DNA of 64,000 nt from positions 12,400,001 to 12,464,000 of the forward strand of contig NW_027361775.1 in assembly GCF_039654945.1 (NCBI RefSeq), read 5' to 3'. Each line of letters opens with the position of its first letter. The stretch's first letter is position 1. Made by a program: the position numbers and the translations under genes. The notes beneath the pieces are model-generated. The model was not told where the DNA came from and searched no databases. It saw nothing but the letters and a program-made list of their open reading frames with translations. Positions 50,126 to 62,002 of the stretch are shown here, piece after piece. This stretch comes from Dendrobates tinctorius (Eukaryota).

Positions 50126-53100
50126 ATGTGCAAAGATGGTGCTGCAGGTGGAACTGGAACTTGGTTATGGTCCTGTTCAGACTACTGCTTTTATTGACTG
50201 CGGTTCGGCTGTGAACCTGATTGATAACAAGGTTATGACTCTTAATAAGATAGGGACAGTCAGGCTTCATGATCCTGTTAAACTTGTGGCAATTGACTCA
50301 TCTCCTCTTACCCAAGATGGTATCTGTTGCAGGTCTGAACTTTTTTCTCTAAAAGTGGGTTCCACTCATGTGGAGAAACTAACTTGTCTGGTGCTAGATA
50401 ATTTGCCTGCAGGACTGGTACTGGGGATGCCTTGGCTTCAACGCCATAATCCTACCATTGATCGGGTTACAGGGGAAATCACTCAATGGGGATGCAATAA
50501 TAAATGTGGTAACCGGGGACATCTTGTTAACGCTGTTAAATCCGTGTCTGTGTCGTCTGTCGATCTGGAAGGGTACCTGAAAGATTTCGAAGACGTTTTT
50601 TCCGAAAGTGAGGCTGAGGCGCTGCCACCACATAGACCCTATGATTGTGCCATTGATTTAGTACCCGGAGCCAAGTTACCTAAGACTCGATTGTTCAATT
50701 TGTCTGGGCCTGAGCGCCAAGCCATGAAGGAGTACATAGCTGAGAGTCTCCGCAAAGGGCATATCAGGCCTTCTGTGTCACCTGTGGCAGCAGGGTTCTT
50801 CTTTGTGAAGAAAAAAGATGGTGGTTTGCGGCCGTGCCTCGACTTTCGGGAACTGAACAAGATAACGGTTAGGAACTCTTACCCGCTTCCCCTCATCCCA
50901 GACTTATGTAACCAGTTAGCTGGGGCCCAATGGTTCTCCAAGTTAGATCTGTGGGGGGCCTACAATCTGATAAGGGTTCGGGAAGGGGACAAGTGGAAAA
51001 CGGCATTCCTCACATCAGAAGGACTCTTTGAGAACCTGGTAATGCCATTTGGGTTAACTAATGCACCCGCTATTTTCCAAAATTTCATCAATATTGTGTT
51101 TTCTGATCTGATAGGCCGTTTTGCTATTATTTATTTGGATGACATTTTGGTGTATTCCGCGGACAGTCAATCTCACTTGCAACATCTAAAGACCGTTCTC
51201 CAGAGACTCGGAGAACCAATTTTTCGCCAAATTGGAAAAATGTTCGTTTTTTGTACAGGAGCTGTCTTTTTTGGGGTTGATTGTGTCCTGTGAGGGGTTT
51301 CGTATGGATCCTAAGAAGGTGCTGGCGATCGCTGACTGGGTTCAGCCTCGAGATCTCAAGGGGCTTCAGCGCTTCTTAGGATTTGCGAACTATTACCGGA
51401 GATTCATTAAAGGTTTCTCACAAGTGGTGAAACCACTCACGGATCTTACCCAGAAGGGAGCTGATGTAAAAAATTGGTCTGTACTCACTAAGGAATCCTT
51501 CTCAGCGATTAAGAAATGTTTTATGTCTGCCCCGGTGTTGGTGCAACCTTACCCGTCCAAACCATTCATTGTGGAGGTGGATGCTTCTGAAGTGGGGGTG
51601 GGGGCTGTGCTGTCCCAGGGTCCGGCCACCCTTACCAATCTCAAACCCTGTGCCTTCTTCTCCAAGAAGTTCTCTTCAGCTGAGAAAAACTATGATGTAG
51701 GCAATAGAGAACTTCTTGCGGTCAAGCTGGTGTTTGAGGAATGGAGGCACTTTTTGGAAGGGGCGGCTCACCCTATCACGGTTGTCACGGATCGCAAAAA
51801 TTTGGCATACCTTGAATCTGCTAAGAGGCTTACTCCTAGACAGGCCCGTTGGTCACTTTTTTTTTCACGATTTCAGTTCTCAATTACTTTTCGACCGGAG
51901 TCCAAAAATGTTAAAGCGGATGCCCTGTCCAGAAGTTTTGATCCAGTGTCTCCCCCTGAGCCGCCGTCCTCCATTCTTCCCCAAGGGGTGGTAGTGGCGG
52001 GGGTCTCAACTGAGTTGGAACAAGAAATCCTAAGGGCTCAAGCCCTAGCTCCGGCAACCAAGCCAAGCAATAAACTGTTTGTTCCAGATTCATTGCGGCC
52101 TAGACTTCTGAAGGAGTTTCATGATTCTAGGCTGAGTGCTCATCCAGGTATCACGGCCACTAGAGAGGCAGTAGCCAGGGGTTTTTGGTGGCCTTCATTA
52201 AGGTCCGATGTCAAGGAATTTGTTTCTGCTTGTGACATATGTGCCCGTTCCAAAAGCTCGCATAACCGACCGGCTGGGGAACTCATACCTTTACCGGTTC
52301 CTGATAGGCCATGGACTCATCTTTCCATGGATTTTATTACCGGCCTTCCACCTTCCAGGGGCAATACCATGATCTGGGTGGTGGTGGATAGGTTTTCTAA
52401 ACAGGCCCATTTCATTCCCTTGGCAGCATTACCTTTAGCAGAAACGTTGTCAAGATTGTTTGTGCAGCATGTGGTCCAATTGCATGAGGATACCCCTGAA
52501 TGTTGTGTCTGACAGAGGTGTGCAGTTTGTGGCCAAATTTTGGAGGGCGTTCTGTATGAAATTGGGCATCTCACTCTCCTTCTCATCGGCATATCACCCG
52601 GAGAGTAATGGTCAGACAGAACGCACCAATCAATCCCTGGAACAAATTCTCAGGTGTTTGACCTCCGCCAGACAGGAGGATTGGTGTGATGCGTTACCGT
52701 TGGCTGAATTCGCTTTTAACAACCGGGTGAGTCAGTCCACCAACATGTCCCCATTCCTGATTAACTATGGCTTTAATCCGCATTTTGGGGAGTTTTCTCG
52801 GGTGGATTCCGGTTGTCCAGGAGCAGAAGAGTCCGTTCAATGGTTAAAAAACCTCTGGGCTGAAGTCCGGCGTAATATCTCTCGGGCCCAGGGGAGATAC
52901 AAATATTTTGCAGACAAAAAGAGAGCCTCGGGAGACATGTTTCAGGTGGGAGAGAAGGTTTGGCTCTCCACGCGTAACATCAACTTAAAGGTACCATCAG
53001 GTAAGTTGGGACCAAAGTTCATTGGTCCGTACGAGATTATGGAGATAGTCAACCCTGTGGCCTATAGGTTGCGTCTCCCCGCCTCCTTAAAAATATCTAA

Positions 53101-53383
53101 TGTGTTCCATAAGTCTCTGTTGAAACCAGCAGGATCTGTCAAAGAGAACTCTGAGACTGTTGTTCCTCCAGTGCTGGTGGAGGGTCAATTGGAGTATGAG
53201 GTCAGACATATTGTGGACTCTCGGCGGGTGCGCCGCTCTTTGCAGTACCTAGTCCACTGGAAAGGATATGGACCAGAAGAGCGCTCATGGGTCCCTGCTC
53301 GCTTGGTACATGCAGATCTTCTGGTTCAGGCATTCCATGCCAAGTACCCGGGGAAGCCTGGGGGTCCAGAGGCCCCCCGTTGA
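50070..53383 (+). pseudogene. pol: Pol (protease, RT, RNase H, integrase, chromodomain) with two frameshifts
   Basis: AFIDCGS, YLDDILVYS, VEVDASEVGVGAVL, HHCC plus SMDFIT/VSDRG/QTER, GPY, chromodomain EYEVRHIVDSR..YLVHWKGYGPEERSWVP. Frameshifts at ~51210 and ~52487. Confidence 0.95.
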
Positions 53384-53394
53384 GAGGGGGGTAC

Positions 53395-54026
53395 TGTCAT
53401 GATCCCAGTGCAGGTTTTTGAGCTGCACACCGGGGGTTAATGTCTGGAGCTCTGTGCAGGTTTTGACCTGCACACTTGGGGTTAATGATTGTGGCCTCTT
53501 TCTGGTTCTGGGAGAGCTTCATAAACCCCTGGGTAGCTTCAATCCCTGCCAGTTATACTTTTGCCTTTGGCCGAGTGTACTGACCCCCGTGTGCCTGTTT
53601 GTTGCTATAGCCTGTTTATATGGTTCTGACCCGATTCTGTTTCCCGTTGTGAGTTTGCCTGTTGATTTTGTACTGCGTTATTATCTGTGTATGACCCATT
53701 GCCTGTGACCTGATTACTCTCTGCTCGCCCCTCTTGTACCTTGCAGCTATCTGTGTGTGACTCATTGGCTACGTCCTGACTATTCTCACTGTCTAAGCCC
53801 CTTGGTAACTTTGTCTCGCAGTTACTCTGCTAGGAATTGTCTTGCAGCTCCTAGCTCTGTGGAGTTTAGGCCACGCCTCTAGCAGTCACGTGCTTCAGGT
53901 CCTGCGGGTGTGAAGTACACATCTACTCGGTTGCTGCCCGCTCCACAGGTAGCTTTGAGCACTGTTCGCTTTACTCAGGACACGCGCACTGGCTCAGTGA
54001 ACAAGTTCAGTGCGGTGTCTCTGACA
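53395..54026 (+). repeat. 3' LTR
   Basis: Near-identical to the 5' LTR and preceded by the polypurine tract GAGAGGGGGG. Confidence 0.97.
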
Positions 54027-55661
54027 GTATAATGCATCTTATAGTCATCCATATAATTTATCACACAGCCCATAGATATCCATAAAGTATAATTCACAGC
54101 CCTTAGTAATATAGTAGTATGTTGACCATGTACTCGCTAATTAAAAAAAATAAATACTCATCTTCCCTCTGCTGCCCTGCTGTGGCATCCTCTTCTGAAG
54201 CTGGCAACTGACTTCAATGTGCAAGCAATATGAATGCATGACGTCACTACTATGGGTGGCGGTCACATGCACACCAGCGTCAGCTGTTGGCCACTGGCCA
54301 GCAGTTTGCATTGCCGCACATGTACCAGATGACTATGTACTTGGTAATACATGTCAACTGGATGTGCATCCCAGGACACACATCCACTTGAAGCTTCTGC
54401 TGGCGTCGGTGGGCCACCACCCACACGGGCCAGGTCATGACCTCTGATACCACGGATGGTATTAAGCCCCTGTATTTAGCTCCATTTATTATTTGTAATC
54501 ATTGTACACAGAATTTAAAACCAAATGTTTGCAACTTCAAAAAAATGAGAGAGCCACCATCATTCGTATAAAAAATGTATAATGCTGTGTCAGAAAATTA
54601 TGAAACATTGTAATTATATGTATTACAGCAAATACAAAAAATGCAGCATAGGATGTAGATTGGAGGTATCTAAATTGATTCAATGTTTAGATTTAAATCC
54701 CTTTGTTCTAGCTGCTGTTAACCTTACTGTGATGAGAACTTTCACTGATCAACATGTCTTGAGACCTTTCAGTGAAATCTTACCCCAGAGGCTCCTTATA
54801 AGCAGGCAGACCTCTAATATACACAAGAGCTTAGAGCTATTAGTCATACAAGTGGTAAGCATAACTTATTCTGGAACAGCCTGTCATAATGACATAATGA
54901 CAAAATAAACCCCACAAAGAAACAAATTGCTTATTTTAGTGGTTATAAGTAGCTGGTAGTTCAAAGAGCTGAATAAATGCTAAATTTAGTTCTAAGTGAG
55001 GATATCATTTAGGATACATGCTCCAAATAATGTTTTCTAAATTATGTTCTCACTTAGAATAAATTTTGACAAAAATACTCTCATCAAAATGATCATATTC
55101 ACATGCGAGAAACTCGGATGCTCCAATCCGAGTACCTGCGGCAGTGCCGATTATTGACGTGCGAGACTCGTCTGAGTTTTTTGCATGTGAGTATGAACCC
55201 AAAGGAGTTTTTCTAGGCTGAGAAGCAAAGATTGTATGCGCTCTGTGTGACTGCAGACATTATGCATGCGGCAAATGATACTACTGTATTTTGCGGTTTC
55301 CATACCCCTCTACCATTATTTCTCTAATATAGCAATGTATAATAATTGTGAGAAGGAGGTCCTGATATATCTACATTTGGCTGTAATATCTTGTGCTTAT
55401 GTTTCATTATAACCTATGGAATGGATTATCCATATTTTGGTTTTCTCTAAGCCATGCACATAATAACGTTTTCTCTAAACTTGTGATTGGTTTAAACCAT
55501 ATGTTGTTCTCTGTATGTATGATTCATTTTGGGTTACTTGTTACCCAGTTTAGCTTCTTTGTCTGATCGAATATATTATCATGTTGACTAGGTGCATGAA
55601 ACCAGTTATTTAACATAAACTAATTCTGTATTTTATTTTTTGTCTTACTGTTTGTATCTAC

Positions 55662-55702
55662 TGTAGTCTGAAGAAGGTCCAGGTAGTGACAGAAACATTA
55701 CA
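55662..55702 (+). ncRNA. Degenerate minimal hammerhead motif in a probable Penelope pLTR remnant (~55270-55780)
   Basis: GT-CTGAAGA-A-GGTC-caggtagt-GACA-GAAACATT-AC. Core is intact; stems II and III are mutated. Confidence 0.5.
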
Positions 55703-56883
55703 AATTAATATAAACCATGTGGATTACTTCATTGTGAGAATCTATTTTTGCTGTAACGGGAGTGCTGGATTTTTTCTCTACTTATTATCAAAAATAGACC
55801 GCAAGACTTTTTTTTAACACAGTGCATCGGCCAATCACAGCCATGCCAACACTTGACATGGCTGAAATCATGTTGGAACGCCCACACTAGAAAAGCTTGT
55901 TGATTGCCTTCCAACAAGCTTTGTTCGGGCTCTCAAACCCAAATAGAAACATGGACTTCCAGGAGTAGTCTGTGCTAAGGGTTCGTCAAATGGCATAGAG
56001 GGCATGTACTTCAAAATTTCAAGACAAAATTCTACATTACATCCACAACAGTTTTTCAGTGGAAAATAATTTCACCACTGATAGGTTGTGTATGTTTAGA
56101 ATTATGTAACATCATTGGTGATTAATTATTCATACCTATTAGCTTCACAATATATTCATCTATTTCTTCAAGGCTTTTGAATATAATGTGTTGTAAGAGT
56201 TAAAGGAAATTGTTGAATTGTGTTTTACCTCAAATATGAAACTGCATGTCAATTGCCATCTTTACTATTTCTCCATTCCATGTGAGGCTGACCACCAAAT
56301 TGATGTTACAGAGTTTCTTTGGCAAGAAAACAACAGCTACACCAATACCACATGCTTTTCCATTTAATTCATCATGCAGTTGAAGTAGAGGTGAGATTAG
56401 GGACCTACATAACATCTGGGCTGGGGACTGTAGTCAACATGACACTGTGCCAAAACCTACTGAGGTATAGCTACCAATTTGACATAGTTTGTGCCAAAAA
56501 TCCTTCAATAACATGTTTGATGGATTGTCTCTAGGAAACACCCATATAGTACTATTTGTATTACGATTTAGTTATTTATATAGCGCCATTAATTTCATGA
56601 TGCTGTACATGGCAAGGGGTTACATACAAAGGAATTTATATCATTTAAACAAAAAAAATTACAATGACAGAATGTTACAGAGGGGAGAGGACCCTGTCCT
56701 TGCTGACTTTCATTCTGTGGGAGAATGGGAAAAATACAGAAGGTGGGGGTGCGGCAAATTGGGTGGTGGAGAGGCGGCATCTCGTGTGGTGGTGTAGAAG
56801 TCACATCTCCGACCACCACGCTCTCCAATTGACATGCAGCCGCAACATCAAAATCTCTATCTTCAGTTCTAGACAATGCATGG

Positions 56884-57796
56884 TGCTATGATTGGGTCAC
56901 CGAGGAGGAAAACAAAGCCAACCTAAGTAACAGAATACCAGAGAGGTTGGTAACTACATGGATTGCAGACCCCTGATCCTAACCACACAACAAACAGCAG
57001 CCGTGGAGCGTACCTACGATGATTCTAGATGCCTCGTCACAGCCAGAGGACTAAATAAGCCTAAAGCAAGAAAAGGGGAAATCTAAACTGCCTCAGAGCA
57101 GACCCCAAAGGAATAGACAGCCCCCACACATTTATTGACTGTGAAACAAGATGAAAGCACAAACACAGGTAGGAAAATAGGCTGAGCAAACAATGGGGCC
57201 CACACTAACTAGAAAGGACAGGAAAGGAAAGATACTGTCTGCAATCACACCAAAAAACCTTGCAAAAAATGTCCAACACTTCTGATAGCAAAAAAAACCC
57301 TGAAGTCACTAGACTTCACCTACTGTATCAGCACTCTGGCATATTCTAGGAACAGAGCAAAAAGAGGCCAATCTAATAAGGGACAAAAAGCAAACTGGCA
57401 CATACAGTAACATAAGAGTGGAAATTCAGCACAGCCCCAGCCGGGGCTGGCTGACCACACAAAAACTGAATAGACAAAACCAAATCAAATGTGAACATTA
57501 GCAGAGAAAACTTAGCTTGAGAAGAAAGGATCTGAGCTGGAAACCAAGAACTCAGGAGGCAGGAAAAAATCACCAGCATGGGAATAGGGAGTCGGCTGTC
57601 TTAAATCCAGTCTGAGTCTCCAGATGTCCAATTGTCATCCTCATTATCAGGTGGCAGGTTTCTGTTAATTAGATCAGCTTCATTTCCTCTTGCCACCACC
57701 AGAGGGAGCCCGGAAAGAGAACTCACGACTCCTTTGTCAGCACAAACAGTTCCCTCACCAGAAACCAGAGGCAGACCAGAAAATGAGTTCACAACA
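56884..57796 (-). mobile_element. Solo LTR (family A), 6-bp TSD GCATGG
   Basis: TGCTATGA...TTCACAACA. TSD at 56878-56883 and 57797-57802. Confidence 0.87.
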
Positions 57797-58149
57797 GCAT
57801 GGGCTCCTTTTAGACATTAGCGGCCAACCAGTTAAGTATTAGTAGATGAGGGCTTGTCAGAATCCTGCCCAGGAACACCAGGCTTCATTTGTTGTGAGTC
57901 GTGTCCCTGTGAACTTCCACATAATCTTGGTCTGGCTCTTCCAGGCATGATTTCATCATGAAGATTTAGCCTTCATAGTACAGAGACAGAGCGCAAGACA
58001 GAGTACAAGCGTTCACCCTCTGCTACTCAGACTTTCTATCTGCACAGTGACTGTGTCTAGGCTGAAGATGATGATGGTGGTAGTAGTTGGAGCATTTAAC
58101 ACAGTCATGAAGCTGCCATAACAACTTTATACTGAAATTATTTTTACCA

Positions 58150-59360
58150 ACATCCCCCACTGTAAAATATGGCCTTTTTTTAAAAAAAAAGCAGCAGAGT
58201 GCTATATATAACTGAAGTAACAGACAGGAAAACACTGGAATACTGGCTTAAAATCCCCAAATTTTCATCACACGGACATATGAGGTGTGTTACAGATATA
58301 CCACACTGTAATTTTTTTTTATTGGATGCAAAAGAGTGCTAGATATAACGAGAGTGACAGACCGACAATAAAAAGGAATTTAGGCCAAAAATGCCTCAAT
58401 TTTGGAGACACGGATGTATGAGGCGTGTCACAGATATACCACACTGTAATTTTTTTTTATTGGATGCAAAAGAGTGCTGGATATAACGAGAGTGACAGAC
58501 CGACAAAAAAAAGGAATTTAGGCCAAAAATGCCTCAGTTTTGGAGACACGGATTTATGAGGCGTGTCACAGATATACCCCACTGTAAAATGTGGGCTGTT
58601 TTTTTAAAATAATGCAACATAGTTCTGTATCTAAGTCCAGTGACAAACAGCACCAAAAAAGAAAACAGCCGTAAACTGGCTAAACGTTGAGCACATATAG
58701 ATATGTGCTGTAACGCAGACAACACTACTACAAATGTATTTTTTATTTTTATAACTTTTTTTTTGCTAAAAACTGCTGTATATAATTCCAACGACAACCA
58801 GGACCAAAAATGACAACCGGCCTAAACTGGCCAAACTTTGATCATGCACAGATATGAGCTGCACGAAGAAACCACTATGACATTTTTTTATTTTTTTATT
58901 TTTTTGGGGGATAAATACTGCTGTATATAAGTCCAGTGACACCCCGGACAAAAAAAAAAGAAAACAGCCATAAACTGGCCAAACTTTAAGCACACACAGA
59001 TATGAGCTAGCATGCAGATACCACACCGAAGAATGTGTGGCCTGTATTTTTTTAATTTTTTGGCTAAATACTGCTGTATATAAGTCCAGTGACACCCCGG
59101 ACCAAAAAAGAAAACAGCCGTTAACTGGCCAAACTTTTAGCACACACAGATATGAGCTGACATGCAGATACCACAACGAAAAATGTGTGGCCTTTTTTTA
59201 ATTTTTTGGCTAAATAGTGCTCTATATAAGTACAGTGCAAGACAGCAAAAAAATGAATCTAGGGCTAAAAAGACAAAAATGTTAGCAGACGGTTGGATGA
59301 GGCATGTCACAAATATACCACACTGTAAAATATGTGGCCTGTCTGTATTTTTGGGGGGCT
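58150..59360. repeat. 138-bp tandem repeat grading into diverged ~150-bp units, probably inside a non-autonomous DNA element extending to ~60860
   Basis: CAGATATACC anchors at 58293, 58431, 58569. Related units continue to ~59340. CCGAGTA subterminal-like motifs at ~60800-60860. Confidence 0.7.
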
Positions 59361-60004
59361 CAGCAAAATAGTGTCAAGAAATTGTGTAAGACACTCTAGA
59401 AAAAACTACTCAACCATACCACATAAAAAATAAATATTTCTCTGCACACTCAAAAGGGATGTTTGGGACCCCTTTGAAATTGCTGGATTTTCATTCTGTG
59501 CTAGGAAAAATATCTGGCTGTATTTTGCACTGTCAAAAAGCAAATGGAGGAAAAAAAGGGCTCTGGATTGCTTTGCAATAAAAAAAAAACTCTTTTAGCC
59601 CTGGCCAAAAAAAATTTCAAAGCCAACTACATCTGGGGCTAGGTATATACGGCCAATATATTCCACAGGTAGCAGCAGCACCAGAACACAGGACCCTCTT
59701 GATATATGCAATGATATGTATATACATGCATACAGTGCCTGCAGGCCTTGCACTGATGTGTATACAGTGATGTACACTACCCTGGCTGTCCAATAATGGA
59801 ACCTACTGTATATACTCAGGATTAGTCCTTAGAAGGTCTGTTGGTTTAGCTGGATTTGAGTTTTTTAGGATGGTAGACCCCGCACTCACTAATAAATCCC
59901 TAATTCTGACCCTATCTTGGCAACAGCTCTCCCTACACTATCTCAAGCCAGAGCTGAATGCGGCAAGCAGGGTGGCATCCAGACTCTTTTACCCCTGATG
60001 ATGC

Positions 60005-60639
60005 TATCAGGATCCTGACAGCACCGGCGTACAGCCTCCGCTGAGCAGGGACTGACCCGCACTGTAGGGACCCCTGGGGACCAGAATAGCCAGAAAGTAT
60101 AGGTGCACAGGACCTTAGTGATGAAGTTTAGCAAGCGAGCATGGGACCTACGGTCATGTGACTACAAGGGGGCGGGGCTTAGCATCCTGCTTTCACAGAA
60201 GACAGCAAACTCAGAGTCAGGCAAAACGGAGGTCGTTCACATTATGGACAGCGAGGTACAGAAGGGGTAAACAGACGGGAGGTCAGACAAAGCCAAATGT
60301 TATACACAAGAGGCCGACGCGGTACCAAGGGGACGAGCAGAGAGAAGTCTGGTCACAAGCAGAGAGTCATACACGAGAGGTAGCACAGTACAAGAGGGAC
60401 AGGCAGAACTCGTAACAGGTACAGAACCGAATCAAAACCCAAACAAGCAAGCAAGATATCAGGCACAAGGCACACGTACGCACAAGGTCAACTAACTCAG
60501 CCGAGGGCAGGAGTATATCTGACACCGGACCTAGGTCCAGTGAGCATTAAATAGCCACCCTCTGGCAGGGAGAGGTGGAATAATTAACCCCCAATCAGAC
60601 AAGGACGGGCCATGCGAAACCCCGTCCTGGATCATGACA
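60005..60639 (-). mobile_element. Solo LTR (TGTCATGATCC terminus, ~635 bp)
   Basis: Ends TATCAGGA / GGATCATGACA. ATGC(T) duplicated at 60001-60005 and 60640-60644. TATTTAA on the minus strand at ~60550. Confidence 0.7.
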
Positions 60640-62002
60640 ATGCTGTGCGGCCAGCCAATCGCTCCAGACCACAACAAAGATGGCTGCAGCATTTCATTGC
60701 TTGGCAGACAATCCCTGCATCATGATTGGGTTTGTAAAGTCCGCCTAAAAGCTGGGTGGAGACCTGAGTTCCCACGGAGTAATCCCAGAAATACTCTGTG
60801 CTCGCTGAGTACACCGAGTATAGTGATACTAGGGCGAGTACCGAGTAGTGGCGAACACGAATATGGAATACAAATTTGGTGGAATGAAAATCTATTTTTT
60901 TCTCAAAAGCTATTATATAAAGTTGCAATATTCTATTCTGTCATTTGGTGTAATAACCCAAAGGACCTGTCATGATAACAGGCAGCATATTCTGATTAAA
61001 TATCCACTTTAAAAGCAGATATTTCCTCTGTGGTCTTCTATAAGCATGGATATTCACTGTGTTGCTTGGTAGCTAAGTAGACTCATAGTTCTGAAATAAG
61101 GATGGTAATATCACTGATGGAAATCATTGAACAACTGTTCTAAAGATAATAATGCATTTTTAGAATCTTTCAATAAAATAGAAGAGATTTCTTTTTTCTC
61201 ATTCTAGTTGAAGGATTAGATATCTAAATGTTATAAATGAGGTTTTGATAGCATGTGTGTATTTCTGTATTTTAGCATGTGTGTTTTTCTGTAGATATCA
61301 CTCCAAAATCAAGATGTGCTTGCTTTTAAACCAGCCTTGATTTTCTTCTAAACATTATATTGTAAAAAACACTATGATATTGTAGATAGAGTTAATAATT
61401 GAAATACCAAACAACAGTGTATCAGCATAGATAAAATTTTTATTGTATGTTACAGCGTCTTGTAAATAGAACATTGGAACAAAAGAGCAATAATAAATAA
61501 TCACTATAGATGAATAGATCTGGTGAGGTCCCCTGTTGCCAAATTGCACAGATTTTTCTGGAAAATTCGATTCTCAATGAAGATCTTCTAAATGAATTGA
61601 AGTTTTCCTATTATGCTCTCGGGTCTCTTCAGACAACAGAGCATAATACATTTAACATGTAAAAAATGAAAAAAAGAAAAACTAATCCTCACTTGGCTGT
61701 CCATTGCTACGCATGCCTGCTGCTTGCCTGTACTGTCCTCAGGTCTTTTTTTGCCTACTTGCGCCAGTGTTTTACAATGATTATGTCAAATTTATATATC
61801 TATAGTAACTATATTCACTTCCACTGGACTTCAAAATTGGGCAAATGGAAATTTTAGCAATGAATAGGGAATGATAAAGCTTTAATGTATTATTGTAATC
61901 TTGGTAATTGACATATTCAGCAGTTTTGTCCAATGATTTCAGTTTTGCTTTATCAACTGTTTTGTAAATCTGCATACAAATACTTCATATCTAAGGCATA
62001 TC

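Larger units (their letters stand above)
48509..54026 (+). mobile_element. Full-length Gypsy chromovirus (Tf1/sushi group) LTR retrotransposon
   Basis: 632-bp TG..CA LTRs at 48509-49140 and 53395-54026 with 4 mismatches seen. TSD GTATA at 48504-48508 and 54027-54031. PPT at 53382-53391. gag then PR-RT-RH-IN-chromodomain. Confidence 0.98.

Noticed and set aside
54728-54750. TGATGA...CTGA as a C/D box snoRNA
   Set aside because: Boxes are only ~10 nt apart, too short for a snoRNA.
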